Source: Thermomicrobiales bacterium (GTDB lineage: Bacteria > Chloroflexota > Chloroflexia > Thermomicrobiales > UBA6265). From it: 64,000 bases of DNA. Made by a program: the position numbers and the translations under genes. The stretch covers positions 18,421 to 82,420 of the forward strand of contig JBJMMD010000047.1 of the NCBI GenBank assembly GCA_045804965.1, in the 5' to 3' direction. Shown here piece after piece: positions 9,423 through 19,046 of the stretch. Position 1 is the first letter of the stretch, and each line of letters begins with the position of its first letter. The notes under the pieces were generated by a model. That model saw only the letters and a list, made by a program, of their open reading frames with translations. It made no database searches and was not told the origin of the DNA.

Positions 9423-10335
9423 GCAAGGCGGCGTGCTCGTCGCGGGGTCGATCAACACCGACCTCGTCGCTCACGTAAAACGGTCGCCCGAGGCCGGTGA
9501 GACAGTGACAGGGCAGAGCTTCGCCATCTTCGGCGGCGGCAAAGGCGCGAATCAGGCGGTCGCCTGCGCGCGTTCTGAAGCCGCGACAGCGATCATCGGG
9601 GCGGTTGGCAATGACGTTTTCGGCCGCCAGCGACTCGACTCTCTGCGAGCTGAAGGCGTTGACGTCTCCAACGTCGCCGTCGTCGACAGTCCCCCGTCGG
9701 GCGTGGCGCTCATTCTTGTCGAAGCGGGCGGAGAAAACCGAATCGCGTACGTGCCGGGCGCGACAACGACCGTCACGGCCGAACAAGCGAGTGCGGCCTT
9801 CCATCGGTTTCAGCCATCGGTCGTGCTGACAACGCTCGAATTGCCGCATGAAGCACTGCACGCCTTGATTGAGACTGCGAAGCAATCCGGCGCGACGGTG
9901 ATCGTCAATGCCACGCCAGAATCTTCACAAGGTGAGGATTTGGTTGCCACTGCCGATGTGCTCGTCGTCAACGAAACCGAGGCGAGCGAACTTCTCGGCA
10001 TTCCCTCAACGAAGAATGAATGGGGTGAACTTGCCATCAAACTCGTGGATTTGGGTCCATCGGTAGTCGCGATCACGTTGGGCAGCCAAGGCGCGCTGCT
10101 CAATTCACTCGGAGAGACATGGGCGATACCTTCGCCGAGCGTCGACGTCGTCGACACCACTGGCGCCGGTGATGCGTTTTCGGGCGCGTTCGCCGCCGCG
10201 GTCGCCCGAGGATGCGCGATGCACGACGCAGGGACTATCGGTGTCGTCGCCGGCGCACTCGCGGTCACGAAACAGGGGGCACAGCCCTCCATGCCCACGC
10301 TTTCCGAAATTGTCGACTTGATGAGAAACACATAA
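9415..10335 (+). CDS. rbsK: ribokinase (PfkB family)
   Basis: GSINTDLV, GGKGANQAVA and DTTGAGDAFSGAF motifs. GTG start with GGAGG 4 nt upstream. It overlaps the upstream stop by 8 nt. Confidence 0.85.
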   Translation: MAKQGGVLVAGSINTDLVAHVKRSPEAGETVTGQSFAIFGGGKGANQAVACARSEAATAIIGAVGNDVFGRQRLDSLRAEGVDVSNVAVVDSPPSGVALILVEAGGENRIAYVPGATTTVTAEQASAAFHRFQPSVVLTTLELPHEALHALIETAKQSGATVIVNATPESSQGEDLVATADVLVVNETEASELLGIPSTKNEWGELAIKLVDLGPSVVAITLGSQGALLNSLGETWAIPSPSVDVVDTTGAGDAFSGAFAAAVARGCAMHDAGTIGVVAGALAVTKQGAQPSMPTLSEIVDLMRNT

Positions 10336-10380
10336 CCCGACCATGCGACCGGCTCGATCATGATCAATGCATCGATGATG

Positions 10381-10473
10381 TGGCGGAAGGGGAGGGATTC
10401 GAACCCTCGAGGCGGTGTTACCGCCTACGCGATTTCCAGTCGCGCGCACTAGGCCAGGCTATGCGACCCTTCC
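10381..10473 (-). tRNA. tRNA-Ser (anticodon GGA)
   Basis: Reverse complement reads GGAAGGG...CGCGA-CUGGAAA-UCGCG...long variable arm GGCGGUAACACCGCC...GAGGGUUCGAAUCCCUC-CCCUUCC-G-CCA. It has a 7-bp acceptor stem, a T-loop, discriminator G73 and an encoded CCA. Confidence 0.9.
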
Positions 10474-10501
10474 TGGTGGCTGGACGTGCCGCAATTTTCA
10501 G

Positions 10502-10590
<89 letters not shown>

Positions 10591-10597
10591 ACGGCGG

Positions 10598-10606
10598 ACT
10601 ATAGCA
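10598..10606 (-). promoter_or_regulatory. extended -10 element (TGCTATAGT) for the tRNA-Ser pair
   Basis: Reverse strand reads TGCTATAGT and ends 7 nt before the mature 5' end of tRNA-Ser(CGA). The -35 region is poor. Confidence 0.4.
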
Positions 10607-10666
10607 AAAATTCACCTTTTCTCGCCACTCGTTTGGGGCGCCAAAAGTTTGGCCAATTAGGCACAA

Positions 10667-10675
10667 TGCTATAAT
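10667..10675 (+). promoter_or_regulatory. extended -10 element (TGCTATAAT) for yebC-ruvC-tlyA-larB
   Basis: TGCTATAAT lies 40 nt upstream of the ATG at 10716, and AGGAG lies 8 nt before that ATG. It is arranged divergently to the tRNA promoter. Confidence 0.4.
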
Positions 10676-10715
10676 CACGGACGGTAAGTGCACTGAGGGT
10701 CAGGAGCGAGAACTG

Positions 10716-11462
10716 ATGTCTGGACACTCAAAATGGGCGACCATCAAGCGCCAAAAGGGCGCCAATGATGCAAAGCGTGGGCAAGTGTTCACCAAACTCG
10801 CTCGGGAGATCACTGTTGCCGCGCGCAGCGGCATTCCTGACCCCGAAATGAACTTTCGGCTTCGCCTTGCTGTACAAAAGGCTCGGTCTGAGAACATGCC
10901 GAAGGACAACATCGACCGCGCAATCGAACGCGCGGCCGGAGGCGCCGGAGGCGACAATTACGATGAGGTCTTCTACGAGGGCTACGGACCGGCGGGCGTC
11001 GCGTTGATGGTTCAGGCGATGACCGACAATCGGAATCGTACCGTGTCCGAGGTCCGCGCTATCTTCACGCGCTCAGGCGGAACCCTCGGCGAGAATGGTA
11101 GCGTGGGCTGGATGTTCGATCACGTCGGACAAATCGTCGTCGATCCTGGACCGACAGATCCGGACGATATCGCCTTGACCGCGATTGACGCCGGCGCGGT
11201 CGACGTTCAGGTCGAAGGCGAGGATGTCGAGATCTACACTGAAGTTCAGGACTTACACAAGGCGCTCGAGGCGATCAACGCCGCCGGCGTCGACGTGAAA
11301 TCGTCAGAACTCATCATGAAGCCAAAGACCTTGTTGACGGCAGAACCAGACGCAGCGGTCAAGGTCATCCGGATGATCGAAAAATTGGAAGATCTCGACG
11401 ATGTGCAACAGGTCTACACGAATCTCGACGTGACTGATGAGGTATTGGCCGAGGTCACTTAA
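10716..11462 (+). CDS. yebC: YebC/PmpR-family DNA-binding regulator
   Basis: MSGHSKWATIKRQKGANDAKRGQVFTKLAREITVAAR is the highly conserved N-terminus of this family. Confidence 0.9.
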   Translation: MSGHSKWATIKRQKGANDAKRGQVFTKLAREITVAARSGIPDPEMNFRLRLAVQKARSENMPKDNIDRAIERAAGGAGGDNYDEVFYEGYGPAGVALMVQAMTDNRNRTVSEVRAIFTRSGGTLGENGSVGWMFDHVGQIVVDPGPTDPDDIALTAIDAGAVDVQVEGEDVEIYTEVQDLHKALEAINAAGVDVKSSELIMKPKTLLTAEPDAAVKVIRMIEKLEDLDDVQQVYTNLDVTDEVLAEVT

Positions 11463-11484
11463 CCGAGCGGAACAGGCTGCCATT

Positions 11485-11979
11485 GTGATCACAATCGGCA
11501 TCGATCCTGGCACAGCGTTGCTCGGTTTCGGCGTCATCGAATCAAATGACCAATCAAACCTCATCGATTATGGGGTCGTGGAAACCGCATCAACCTCTTC
11601 GATGCCGGACAGGCTCAGATTCCTCTACGAGTCTGTGACCGAATTGATTCAGCAGCACCGGCCAGACGTTCTCGCGATTGAACAACTCTTTTTTGCCCGG
11701 AACGTCACAACGGCGATATCGGTCGGCCAAGCGCGTGGAGTCGTTTTACTTGCCGCCGCCCAGGCGGCTGTGACTGTCGTCGAGTACAGTCCATCGGAAG
11801 TCAAACAAGCGGTTGTCGGCTACGGCAAGGCCGAGAAGTCGCAGATGCAAGAAATGGTGCGGATCATTTTGAACCTCGACCAACCGCCTCAACCAGACGA
11901 CGCAGCGGACGCGCTCGCCATCGCCCTTTGCCATATTCAGCACGCGGCATTCGCCGAGCGCACGGCCGATTCGATATGA
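11485..11979 (+). CDS. ruvC: crossover junction endodeoxyribonuclease RuvC
   Basis: ITIGIDPGTALLGFGVIE and C-terminal DAADALAIALCH. I placed the start at GTG 11485. The track ATG at 11437 overlaps the end of yebC and adds non-conserved residues. Confidence 0.88.
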   Translation: MITIGIDPGTALLGFGVIESNDQSNLIDYGVVETASTSSMPDRLRFLYESVTELIQQHRPDVLAIEQLFFARNVTTAISVGQARGVVLLAAAQAAVTVVEYSPSEVKQAVVGYGKAEKSQMQEMVRIILNLDQPPQPDDAADALAIALCHIQHAAFAERTADSI

Positions 11980-12785
11980 ACCAACAAGTGCGACGAGCAT
12001 CGAGGCAGCGACTCGACGAGGCCTTGGTCGAGCGAGGTTTCGCCGTCAATCGCTCTCGTGCCAAAGCGCTCATTATGGCGGGCGACGTGCTAGTTTCCGG
12101 CGCGCCGGTCTTGCAAGCCGGCGCAAGCGTAACCCTCTCGGATGCGATTGAGCTCAAAGCAAAGCCGAGGTTTGTCAGCCGCGGAGGCGAAAAACTCGAT
12201 CACGCCTTGTCTGTGTTTAACATCGATGTCTCGAACAAAATCTGTGCGGACTTTGGCGCGAGCACCGGTGGGTTTGCCGACTGCCTGCTCCAGCGCGGCG
12301 CGGTGCGGGTCTATACGATCGACGTCGGTTATGGTCAGCTCGATGAGCGCTTGCGCCACGATCCTCGGATCGTCAATATGGAACGAACGAATGCGCGCTA
12401 TTTGGACTCGTTGCCCGAAGAAATCGGAGTAGTTGTCATCGACGCTTCGTTCATTTCCCTCGGGCTGCTCTTTCCGGCGGCCCTGCGCGTGATGAGGGCG
12501 GATGGTATCTGCGTCCCCTTGATCAAACCCCAATTCGAAGCGGGCCGGGGAGATGTTGGCAAAGGCGGTGTCGTCAAGGCGAACGCCATTCATCGCCGAG
12601 TACTTGCGGAAGTTATTGAAAAGGCCACTGCGCACGGTCTTGGCTTGCGGGGACTGACGAAATCCCCGCTCAAGGGACCGGCAGGGAACATCGAATTTCT
12701 CGCCTATCTAGCACGCGGCGCCGAGAGTATCGATGAGGGCGCGGGGATCGACGCGGTGATGAACGAAGGTGGAGCGGCAGCGTGA
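11976..12785 (+). CDS. tlyA: TlyA-family rRNA 2'-O-methyltransferase (S4 + FtsJ domains)
   Basis: RLDEALVERGFAVNRSRAKALIMAGDVLVSG (S4 domain) and DFGASTGGFADCLLQRGA (SAM site). ATG 11976 overlaps the ruvC stop (ATGA). Confidence 0.85.
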   Translation: MNQQVRRASRQRLDEALVERGFAVNRSRAKALIMAGDVLVSGAPVLQAGASVTLSDAIELKAKPRFVSRGGEKLDHALSVFNIDVSNKICADFGASTGGFADCLLQRGAVRVYTIDVGYGQLDERLRHDPRIVNMERTNARYLDSLPEEIGVVVIDASFISLGLLFPAALRVMRADGICVPLIKPQFEAGRGDVGKGGVVKANAIHRRVLAEVIEKATAHGLGLRGLTKSPLKGPAGNIEFLAYLARGAESIDEGAGIDAVMNEGGAAA

Positions 12786-13552
12786 GCACGAAGAACCGGC
12801 CATTCGATGATGTCCGGAGGTCATTGGATCACGTCTCGGACGCGGAGCTTGGCGAGATTGCCGAGCTATCAATTCGTTTGGACCGGAGCCGCGTTGGTCG
12901 TGCCGGCATACCCGAGGTCGTCTTTGCCGAGCGCAAGCAGGCTGACGCCGTTATCGCCGGCCTCCGTGGGCTTGTCGAAGCGAACGGTCGCGCCCTTGCG
13001 AGCCGCAGCCCGGAATCAACGATCCAGGCGATTCGCGCGGCGCTTGCAGGAATGTTCGACCTGGAGGTTTGTATTGAAGCGAGAACCGTCGTCGTTGCCC
13101 AGCCGGGCGTAAAGCCGCACCTCACCGGAGGTCGAGTCGGCATCATCACGGCGGGTTCGTCTGATGCTCCGATTGCCGCTGAAGCGTCGGTGATGGCGAG
13201 GGAAATGGGCGCAGTGGTGACAATGGCTCGTGACGTCGGCGTCGCCGGCATTCATCGCCTCGTCGAACCCTTGGAGCGACTAATAAGCGACGACGTTGAC
13301 GCGATTGTGGTCGCTGCCGGTATGGACGGGGCGCTCCCTTCCGTCGTCGCCGGACTAGTCGCCGTGCCCGTAATCGGCCTGCCAACCTCGATAGGATACG
13401 GGTACGGCGGGCAAGGAGTCGGCGCACTGATGGCCATGCTGCAATCCTGCGCGCCGGGACTTGTTGTCGTCAATATCGACAACGGTATCGGCGCGGGCGC
13501 GACCGCCGCGCTCATTGCCAATCGGGCCGCCGATGCCCGCGCCAGCCGCTAG
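12782..13552 (+). CDS. larB: LarB-type (PurE-like) nickel-pincer cofactor biosynthesis carboxylase/hydrolase
   Basis: GIPEVVFAERK..., RVGIITAGSSDAPIAAEA, VAAGMDGALPSVVAGL and VIGLPTS motifs. GTG start overlaps the tlyA stop (GTGA). Confidence 0.8.
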   Translation: MSTKNRPFDDVRRSLDHVSDAELGEIAELSIRLDRSRVGRAGIPEVVFAERKQADAVIAGLRGLVEANGRALASRSPESTIQAIRAALAGMFDLEVCIEARTVVVAQPGVKPHLTGGRVGIITAGSSDAPIAAEASVMAREMGAVVTMARDVGVAGIHRLVEPLERLISDDVDAIVVAAGMDGALPSVVAGLVAVPVIGLPTSIGYGYGGQGVGALMAMLQSCAPGLVVVNIDNGIGAGATAALIANRAADARASR

Positions 13553-14532
13553 CCCGCGTTTGTCCTTTGCCACACTTCAAGCAATTGCGCGGCTCCGTCG
13601 GCGGGCGCCGTTTTGCGCTCGGCTACATCCGAGATCACTTCCTCTGAGACAGAGGACCCTCCGACTTGGCGCAGGCGCCGTGAGATCTCGCGCCGCGCCA
13701 GTTCGTAAACCTCAGCCGCGGCGATTCGTCGAGCACGGTCACGAAGGCCGTCACCTTTTGACAGGAACTCCCAGTGATCTTCAATCGATTTTACAAGTAG
13801 GTCGATTCCTTCCCCGGTGGTAGCGATGGTCTTGACGATCGAGGGCGGTGGCGATCCAGCGTCGCTGTGCGATTGATAACTAGCAATACCGCGCAATGTC
13901 CGGGTTAAGTCTTCCGCGCCTTCGCGGTCGGCCTTGTTGACGACGAAGAGATCGGCGATTTCCAGAAGTCCAGCTTTGAGCGCTTGAATATCGTCGCCAA
14001 GGCCCGGCACCTGGACGACGACAACAGTGTGGACATAACGGAGGACATCGACCTCTTCCTGGCCAACGCCAACGGTTTCGACAATGATCACTTCGAACTT
14101 CGCAGCGTCGAGAAGGTGAATCACACCGGCAGTTGCCGGCGCCAGGCCTCCATGCAGCCCACGCGAGGCCATGCTGCGAATGAAGACGTCGTCATCGTCC
14201 CAGCGGTCGAGCATGCGTATGCGATCGCCAAGCGCCGCGCCGCCGGAGAGCGGGCTAGACGGATCGACGGCGACGACTGCAACACGTTTTTTTTGTCCGC
14301 GAAGGGCATGAATCAGTGCGTTGACAATCGTACTTTTCCCGGCACCGGGTGAGCCGGTCATGCCGACGATATGGGCGTGACCGGTATGGGGGTAGAGCTT
14401 GTGCAAACCCTCGCGCCCAACCTGCGTATCGTTTTCGATGTGTGAGGCGAGCCGAGCGAGCGCGTTGAGATCGCCGGCCAGCACGCGTTCGGCGAGGCCG
14501 CGCTTAGGCAGCGTCATCGCGAACCGGGGCAT
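13549..14532 (-). CDS. meaB: MeaB/ArgK-type G-protein chaperone for B12-dependent acyl-CoA mutases
   Basis: [12 protein letters not shown] (P-loop), VETVGVGQ and VVNKADREG (NKxD). ATG 14517 is an alternative start. Confidence 0.85.
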   Translation of the reverse strand: MPRFAMTLPKRGLAERVLAGDLNALARLASHIENDTQVGREGLHKLYPHTGHAHIVGMTGSPGAGKSTIVNALIHALRGQKKRVAVVAVDPSSPLSGGAALGDRIRMLDRWDDDDVFIRSMASRGLHGGLAPATAGVIHLLDAAKFEVIIVETVGVGQEEVDVLRYVHTVVVVQVPGLGDDIQALKAGLLEIADLFVVNKADREGAEDLTRTLRGIASYQSHSDAGSPPPSIVKTIATTGEGIDLLVKSIEDHWEFLSKGDGLRDRARRIAAAEVYELARREISRRLRQVGGSSVSEEVISDVAERKTAPADGAAQLLEVWQRTNAG

Positions 14533-14962
14533 TTTCGCGGAGATATTGGATCATTTCCGAGAGCGGCGTTCCCGGCCCGAAGACGGCGGCGATGCCCATT
14601 TGTCGTACTGGTTCGATGTCCTCATCCGGAATCGTGCCGCCCGCGATCACGAGCACATCGTCGAGACCGCGAGCGCGGAGCGCCTCCATGATCCGAGGAA
14701 AAAGGGCGAGGTGGGCGCCCGAGAGGATGCTCAATCCAACGACGTCGACGTCTTCTTGCATGGCAGCAGTAGCAATCATTTCCGGCGTCTGAAAAAGCCC
14801 GGTGTAGATCACTTCGAATCCCGCGTCACGTAATGCCCGAACAAGGACCTTCGCGCCCCGGTCATGTCCATCGAGACCGGGTTTCGCAATCAAGACGCGG
14901 ATTGGCGGTCGTTCTAGTTCCGCCTGCTCGGTTGGACCGTTTGGCGCGGTGTCACGATCCAT
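14504..14962 (-). CDS. cobalamin-binding small subunit/domain of an acyl-CoA mutase
   Basis: [33 protein letters not shown] contains the DxHxxG B12-binding signature. The start is set at ATG 14962 (MDRDTAP), because the track extension to 15097 runs antisense through the end of hbd. Confidence 0.85.
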   Translation of the reverse strand: MDRDTAPNGPTEQAELERPPIRVLIAKPGLDGHDRGAKVLVRALRDAGFEVIYTGLFQTPEMIATAAMQEDVDVVGLSILSGAHLALFPRIMEALRARGLDDVLVIAGGTIPDEDIEPVRQMGIAAVFGPGTPLSEMIQYLRENAPVRDDAA

Positions 14963-15842
14963 AGTTGTAAAAGCCCTCGCCGGTCTTGCGGCCCAGCTTT
15001 CCAGCCGCCACCATCTTTCGAAGGAGCGGCGCCGGCCGGTACTTGTCCTCGCCGAGGTCCCGCTGGAGCACCCCCATAATATTGAGGCAGACGTCAAGCC
15101 CGATGAGGTCGGCGAGAGCGAGAGGTCCGATGGGGTGCGCAGCGCCTAGCTTCATAATCTCATCGATCGCCTCGCGACCGGCGACAGATTCGCCAAGACA
15201 AAAAATCGCCTCATTGATCATCGGCATCAACACTCGATTTGAAACAAATCCGGGGTAATCATTCACCTCGACGGGGGTCTTGCCAGCCTTGGCGGCGAGC
15301 GCACGAACGAGCGTAACGGTCTGATCTGATGTCTGAAGACCTCGAACGACCTCGACGAGCTTCATCAGCGGCACCGGATTGAAGAAGTGCATGCCAGCGA
15401 CCCGCTCCGGGTTGTTTATTACTGAAGCCAACCGCGTAATCGAGATAGAAGAGGTGTTACTGGCGACGATCGTGTCACTTGAAACAAGCTCACTTAATTG
15501 CTTGAAAATCCCGACCTTGACTGACTCGTCTTCGAAAGCTGCTTCGATGACGAAGGAAGCTGACGCCACGCGATCGATGCTCAATTCCCGGGTGATCGCC
15601 GCCAAAGCTTTTGACGCTACATCGGCATCAATGCTGCCCTTCGCGACAAGCTTGTCAAGACTCGACGAGATCGTCGTGTGAGCGCGATCGAGCGCCTTGC
15701 TATTTGAGTCAATGAGCACGACGTCCAGGCCGCTCGCGGCCAGGACTTGAGCGATCCCGCTTCCCATCGTCCCAGCGCCGATGACGGCAATTGGACCACG
15801 GGCCTGCCCAGAATGCTGAGCCCATTCTTTTGCCTCTGTCAC
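14952..15842 (-). CDS. hbd: 3-hydroxybutyryl-CoA dehydrogenase
   Basis: [18 protein letters not shown] Rossmann motif and an HFFNPVP...MKLVEV core. GTG 15842 has GGAG 7 nt upstream. The track TTG at 15848 is too close to that RBS. Confidence 0.85.
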   Translation of the reverse strand: MTEAKEWAQHSGQARGPIAVIGAGTMGSGIAQVLAASGLDVVLIDSNSKALDRAHTTISSSLDKLVAKGSIDADVASKALAAITRELSIDRVASASFVIEAAFEDESVKVGIFKQLSELVSSDTIVASNTSSISITRLASVINNPERVAGMHFFNPVPLMKLVEVVRGLQTSDQTVTLVRALAAKAGKTPVEVNDYPGFVSNRVLMPMINEAIFCLGESVAGREAIDEIMKLGAAHPIGPLALADLIGLDVCLNIMGVLQRDLGEDKYRPAPLLRKMVAAGKLGRKTGEGFYNYGS

Positions 15843-15899
15843 GCTCAAACTCCGCTAGATGACTCGCTCGTGCGCTGAAAATTGTCGCAATACCCGGCG

Positions 15900-16505
15900 C
15901 TACGGCGTTTCGGTTCGTTCCGCTGCTGCGGTAGCTTCTTCGACGGAGACCTTTCTGTTGATCTCATTCATCGCCGTCGTGATCCCACTCGAGATCCACA
16001 CCTCAACCGCGTCGCACACGGCCTTGATGAGCCCAGGCAGAGCTTGCTCCTCCTCCGGGCTGAATCGTGACAACACGTGACCTCGAGCGGCGCTGCGACC
16101 ACGTCCTATACCTACCCGCAAGCGCGGGATTTGGGTCGTGCCAAGTTGCTCGATGATCGACTTCAAGCCATTGTGACCGCCGGCCGTCCCCGACGGCCGC
16201 AGGCGTAGCAAGCCGAACGGCAGGTCCATGTCGTCAAAGACGATCAGGGCGTCTTCGATCGGAACATGGTACCAATTGGCGGCTTCACGGACCGCATGGC
16301 CGCTCAGGTTCATGTACGTCTGAGGAGCGAGAAGCACAACCTTTTGACCTCCGAGCCGCCCTTCCCTGATCTCCGAACGGAAGCGCTTTTTCATGCCTTC
16401 AGCGCTCGCGCGGCGGGCGAGCTCGTTCACCACCATAAAGCCGATGTTGTGCCGTGTCGCGGCATATTCGCGGCCTGGGTTCCCCAGACCCACGATGAGT
16501 TTCAT
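15900..16505 (-). CDS. pth: peptidyl-tRNA hydrolase
   Basis: MKLIVGLGNPGREYAATRHNIGFMVV...GGHNGLKSI. Confidence 0.92.
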   Translation of the reverse strand: MKLIVGLGNPGREYAATRHNIGFMVVNELARRASAEGMKKRFRSEIREGRLGGQKVVLLAPQTYMNLSGHAVREAANWYHVPIEDALIVFDDMDLPFGLLRLRPSGTAGGHNGLKSIIEQLGTTQIPRLRVGIGRGRSAARGHVLSRFSPEEEQALPGLIKAVCDAVEVWISSGITTAMNEINRKVSVEEATAAAERTETP

Positions 16506-16650
16506 CCAAGCGCGTCCTTACAAGAAGGGGCTCGCTGCCCCCGCCGCCAGAATTATGCGGCTTAGGAGCCGCAGCCGATGCTATACTTCCTGGCCGATTC
16601 TGCCATGTCGCGGCGACACATGAGGTTACCTGCGTTTAAGGACGAGCGCG

Positions 16651-17292
16651 ATGAGTTTCTTTGGAATGGGCGGCTGGGAGATCGGAGTCATCCTGATCGT
16701 AGCGCTCATCATATTCGGTCCCGGCAAACTTCCCGAGGTCATGGGGCAAGTCGGCAAAGCCGTGCGCGATTTCCGGAAGTTGACAGGCGACCTGACCGGG
16801 GAGTTTGAACGTTCAACTGGTATCAAGGACATCAAGAAAACGCTCCAAGACGAAATAACAGGCGTCAAGTCCGAAGTCACTGGCATCGGCACCTCGATCC
16901 AAAAAGAAGTTCAGTCTTCGACCAACACAGTAACGTCAGCCGCGAAATCGGCGACAAGTGGTACGACCGCAGCAAAGAGCGCAACGGGCTCAGGCGCCGC
17001 AATATCGACAACCGCGAGTCCTTCGACATCAACTAGCACAACCACGAGCTCGAATGCGACTACAGCCGCGCCGGTTGCGACGAAGAAAGATCCGCTCGCC
17101 GATCTGGTCGGCTTCGAGGAGAGTGGGCCCGCGGAGAACGGCGCAATCTCGCAATCGCCTGCTACCTCCGCGCCTTCTGCCAATGCAACCGCTTCGACAA
17201 ATGAAGACGCGGTTGCCGCGGACGCGCTTTCCCGGGCACGGCTGAGACGTCAACAAGCAGGCTATAATCGCCCGCCCGCTACCGTCGGATAG
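16651..17292 (+). CDS. tatA: TatA/E-family twin-arginine translocase subunit with a roughly 150-aa Ser/Thr/Ala-rich tail
   Basis: WEIGVILIVALIIFGPGKLPEVMGQVGKAVRDFRK is the TM helix plus amphipathic helix. The remainder is low-complexity (AAKSAT repeats, STSTSTTTSS). Confidence 0.8.
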   Translation: MSFFGMGGWEIGVILIVALIIFGPGKLPEVMGQVGKAVRDFRKLTGDLTGEFERSTGIKDIKKTLQDEITGVKSEVTGIGTSIQKEVQSSTNTVTSAAKSATSGTTAAKSATGSGAAISTTASPSTSTSTTTSSNATTAAPVATKKDPLADLVGFEESGPAENGAISQSPATSAPSANATASTNEDAVAADALSRARLRRQQAGYNRPPATVG

Positions 17293-17294
17293 CC

Positions 17295-18467
17295 TTGCAC
17301 GATTCCATATCACAGCGGTTTCAATTCGAGCTACTCGGCGAAGATCCGTCGAGTTGGGCTCGGCGCGGCCGCATGAAAACCAGTCGAGGCGCAGTCGAAA
17401 CCCCAGCCTTTATGCCGGTCGGTACGCAGGCCACGGTAAAGACCCTCGACCCGCAAGAGATCGCCGAAACAGGCGCCCAAATCGTTCTCGCGAATACCTA
17501 CCACTTGATGCTTCGGCCCGGCATCGAGGTACTCGAAGCTGCCGGTGGCCTCCACCGCTTTATGGGGTGGGACCGACCAATACTTACCGACAGCGGCGGA
17601 TTTCAGATATTCAGTCTCGCGCAGCAAACGAAGTTAACCGAGGAAGGGGTGACGTTTCGCTCTCATCTGGACGGGAGCAAGCATATGCTGACTCCCGAAC
17701 GGGCGATGGCGCTGCAGATTGGTTACGCCTCCGACATCGCCATGCAACTCGACCACCTTGTCGGTCTGCCGTCGGAACGAATGAGAATCGCGGACGCTAC
17801 CGAGCGGACTGCACGCTGGCTTGACCGGTGCGTCGCCGAGCACCGGAGGCTTGGAGGACCGGAACGAGGAACGGTGTTATTCGGCATTACCCAAGGTGGC
17901 ATGGAGGCCGATCTCCGCCGCGAGAGCGCCAAAATTCTGGCCGCTGCGGATGTCGCGGGATGTGCAATCGGCGGCCTGAGTGTCGGCGAGCCAAAAGAGA
18001 TCATGGCGGCGATGCTCGACGAGACGATGCCACTGCTGCCCAAGGACAAACCACGTTATCTCATGGGCGTCGGTTCACCCGAAGACCTTTGGTCCGGAGT
18101 CGCGCGCGGGGTCGATCTTTTCGATTGCGTTTTGCCGACCCGGCTAGCTCGCAATGCCGCGCTGTACACACTGGAGGGCCGGGTGAACATCAAACTTCGC
18201 CGTTTCCAGGAGGTCTTCGAACCGATCGACGCCATGTGTGACTGTTCGACCTGTCGTCGCTTCACCGCCGCCTATTTGCATCACCTTTTTCGGGCCGAAG
18301 AAATCCTCGGCTTGCGGCTCGCTTCGATACACAACTTACGTTTTTTGGCCCGGCAAATGGAGACGATGCGCGGTGCAATTGCGGCCGGGACGTTTGCTGA
18401 AGCTCATCGCGAGTTTCAAGCAACATATCGACCTGTAACGGCAAAGGTCGAAGATGCCACCGATTGA
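17295..18467 (+). CDS. tgt: tRNA-guanine transglycosylase (queuine tRNA-ribosyltransferase)
   Basis: ETPAFMPVGTQATVK, LTDSGGFQ, DCVLPTR and the zinc site CDCSTCRRFTAAYLHHL. Confidence 0.92.
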   Translation: MHDSISQRFQFELLGEDPSSWARRGRMKTSRGAVETPAFMPVGTQATVKTLDPQEIAETGAQIVLANTYHLMLRPGIEVLEAAGGLHRFMGWDRPILTDSGGFQIFSLAQQTKLTEEGVTFRSHLDGSKHMLTPERAMALQIGYASDIAMQLDHLVGLPSERMRIADATERTARWLDRCVAEHRRLGGPERGTVLFGITQGGMEADLRRESAKILAAADVAGCAIGGLSVGEPKEIMAAMLDETMPLLPKDKPRYLMGVGSPEDLWSGVARGVDLFDCVLPTRLARNAALYTLEGRVNIKLRRFQEVFEPIDAMCDCSTCRRFTAAYLHHLFRAEEILGLRLASIHNLRFLARQMETMRGAIAAGTFAEAHREFQATYRPVTAKVEDATD

Positions 18468-18529
18468 CTTGGCTGGGCGCGTAGGGCCGTCTACAATCAC
18501 GCGCCGATGGCAATCTTGAACGGTACACC

Positions 18530-19006
18530 GTGAAGGACGAGCGTTTGTACGTTCCAGAGTTCGATCCTGAGCGAAGCGGTGACGTTGCTGTCGGAACCGA
18601 CATCATCGAAATCGCGCGGATCGAGAACGCGATTGCCGACTTCGGCGAGCGGTTTCTGAAACGGGTCTTTACCGAGCGCGAGCGCGACCGATATCGTCAC
18701 CGCGTGTCTGAGTTGGCCGCGAGGTTCGCCGCGAAAGAAGCGACATCTAAGGCGCTCGGCACGGGAATCCGGGGCATTCATTGGCGCGAAATGGAGATTC
18801 TGCCCAATCGAAGAGGCAAACCGGTCCTGATATTGCACGGGCAGGCGGCCGAGCGCGCGAGGGAGCTCGGGCTGACCGACTTTAGCGTCTCACTGACGCA
18901 TTCGCGAACCGACGCGATGGCATTCGTCGTTGCCGTGAAGCGAGAACCGCGGGATCAGGTCGAGACCGCAGATCTTCTTGACTTTGTCGACGGAACCGCA
19001 GGGTAG
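18530..19006 (+). CDS. acpS: holo-[acyl-carrier-protein] synthase
   Basis: VGTDIIEIARIENAI...RVFTERE...RFAAKEATSKAL...SLTHSRTDAMAFVV. The start is uncertain (GTG 18530 or TTG 18545). Confidence 0.85.
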   Translation: MKDERLYVPEFDPERSGDVAVGTDIIEIARIENAIADFGERFLKRVFTERERDRYRHRVSELAARFAAKEATSKALGTGIRGIHWREMEILPNRRGKPVLILHGQAAERARELGLTDFSVSLTHSRTDAMAFVVAVKREPRDQVETADLLDFVDGTAG

Positions 19007-19046
19007 GGGGAAATCGTTGTCACCAGAGGACCAATCGTTACCCAAA

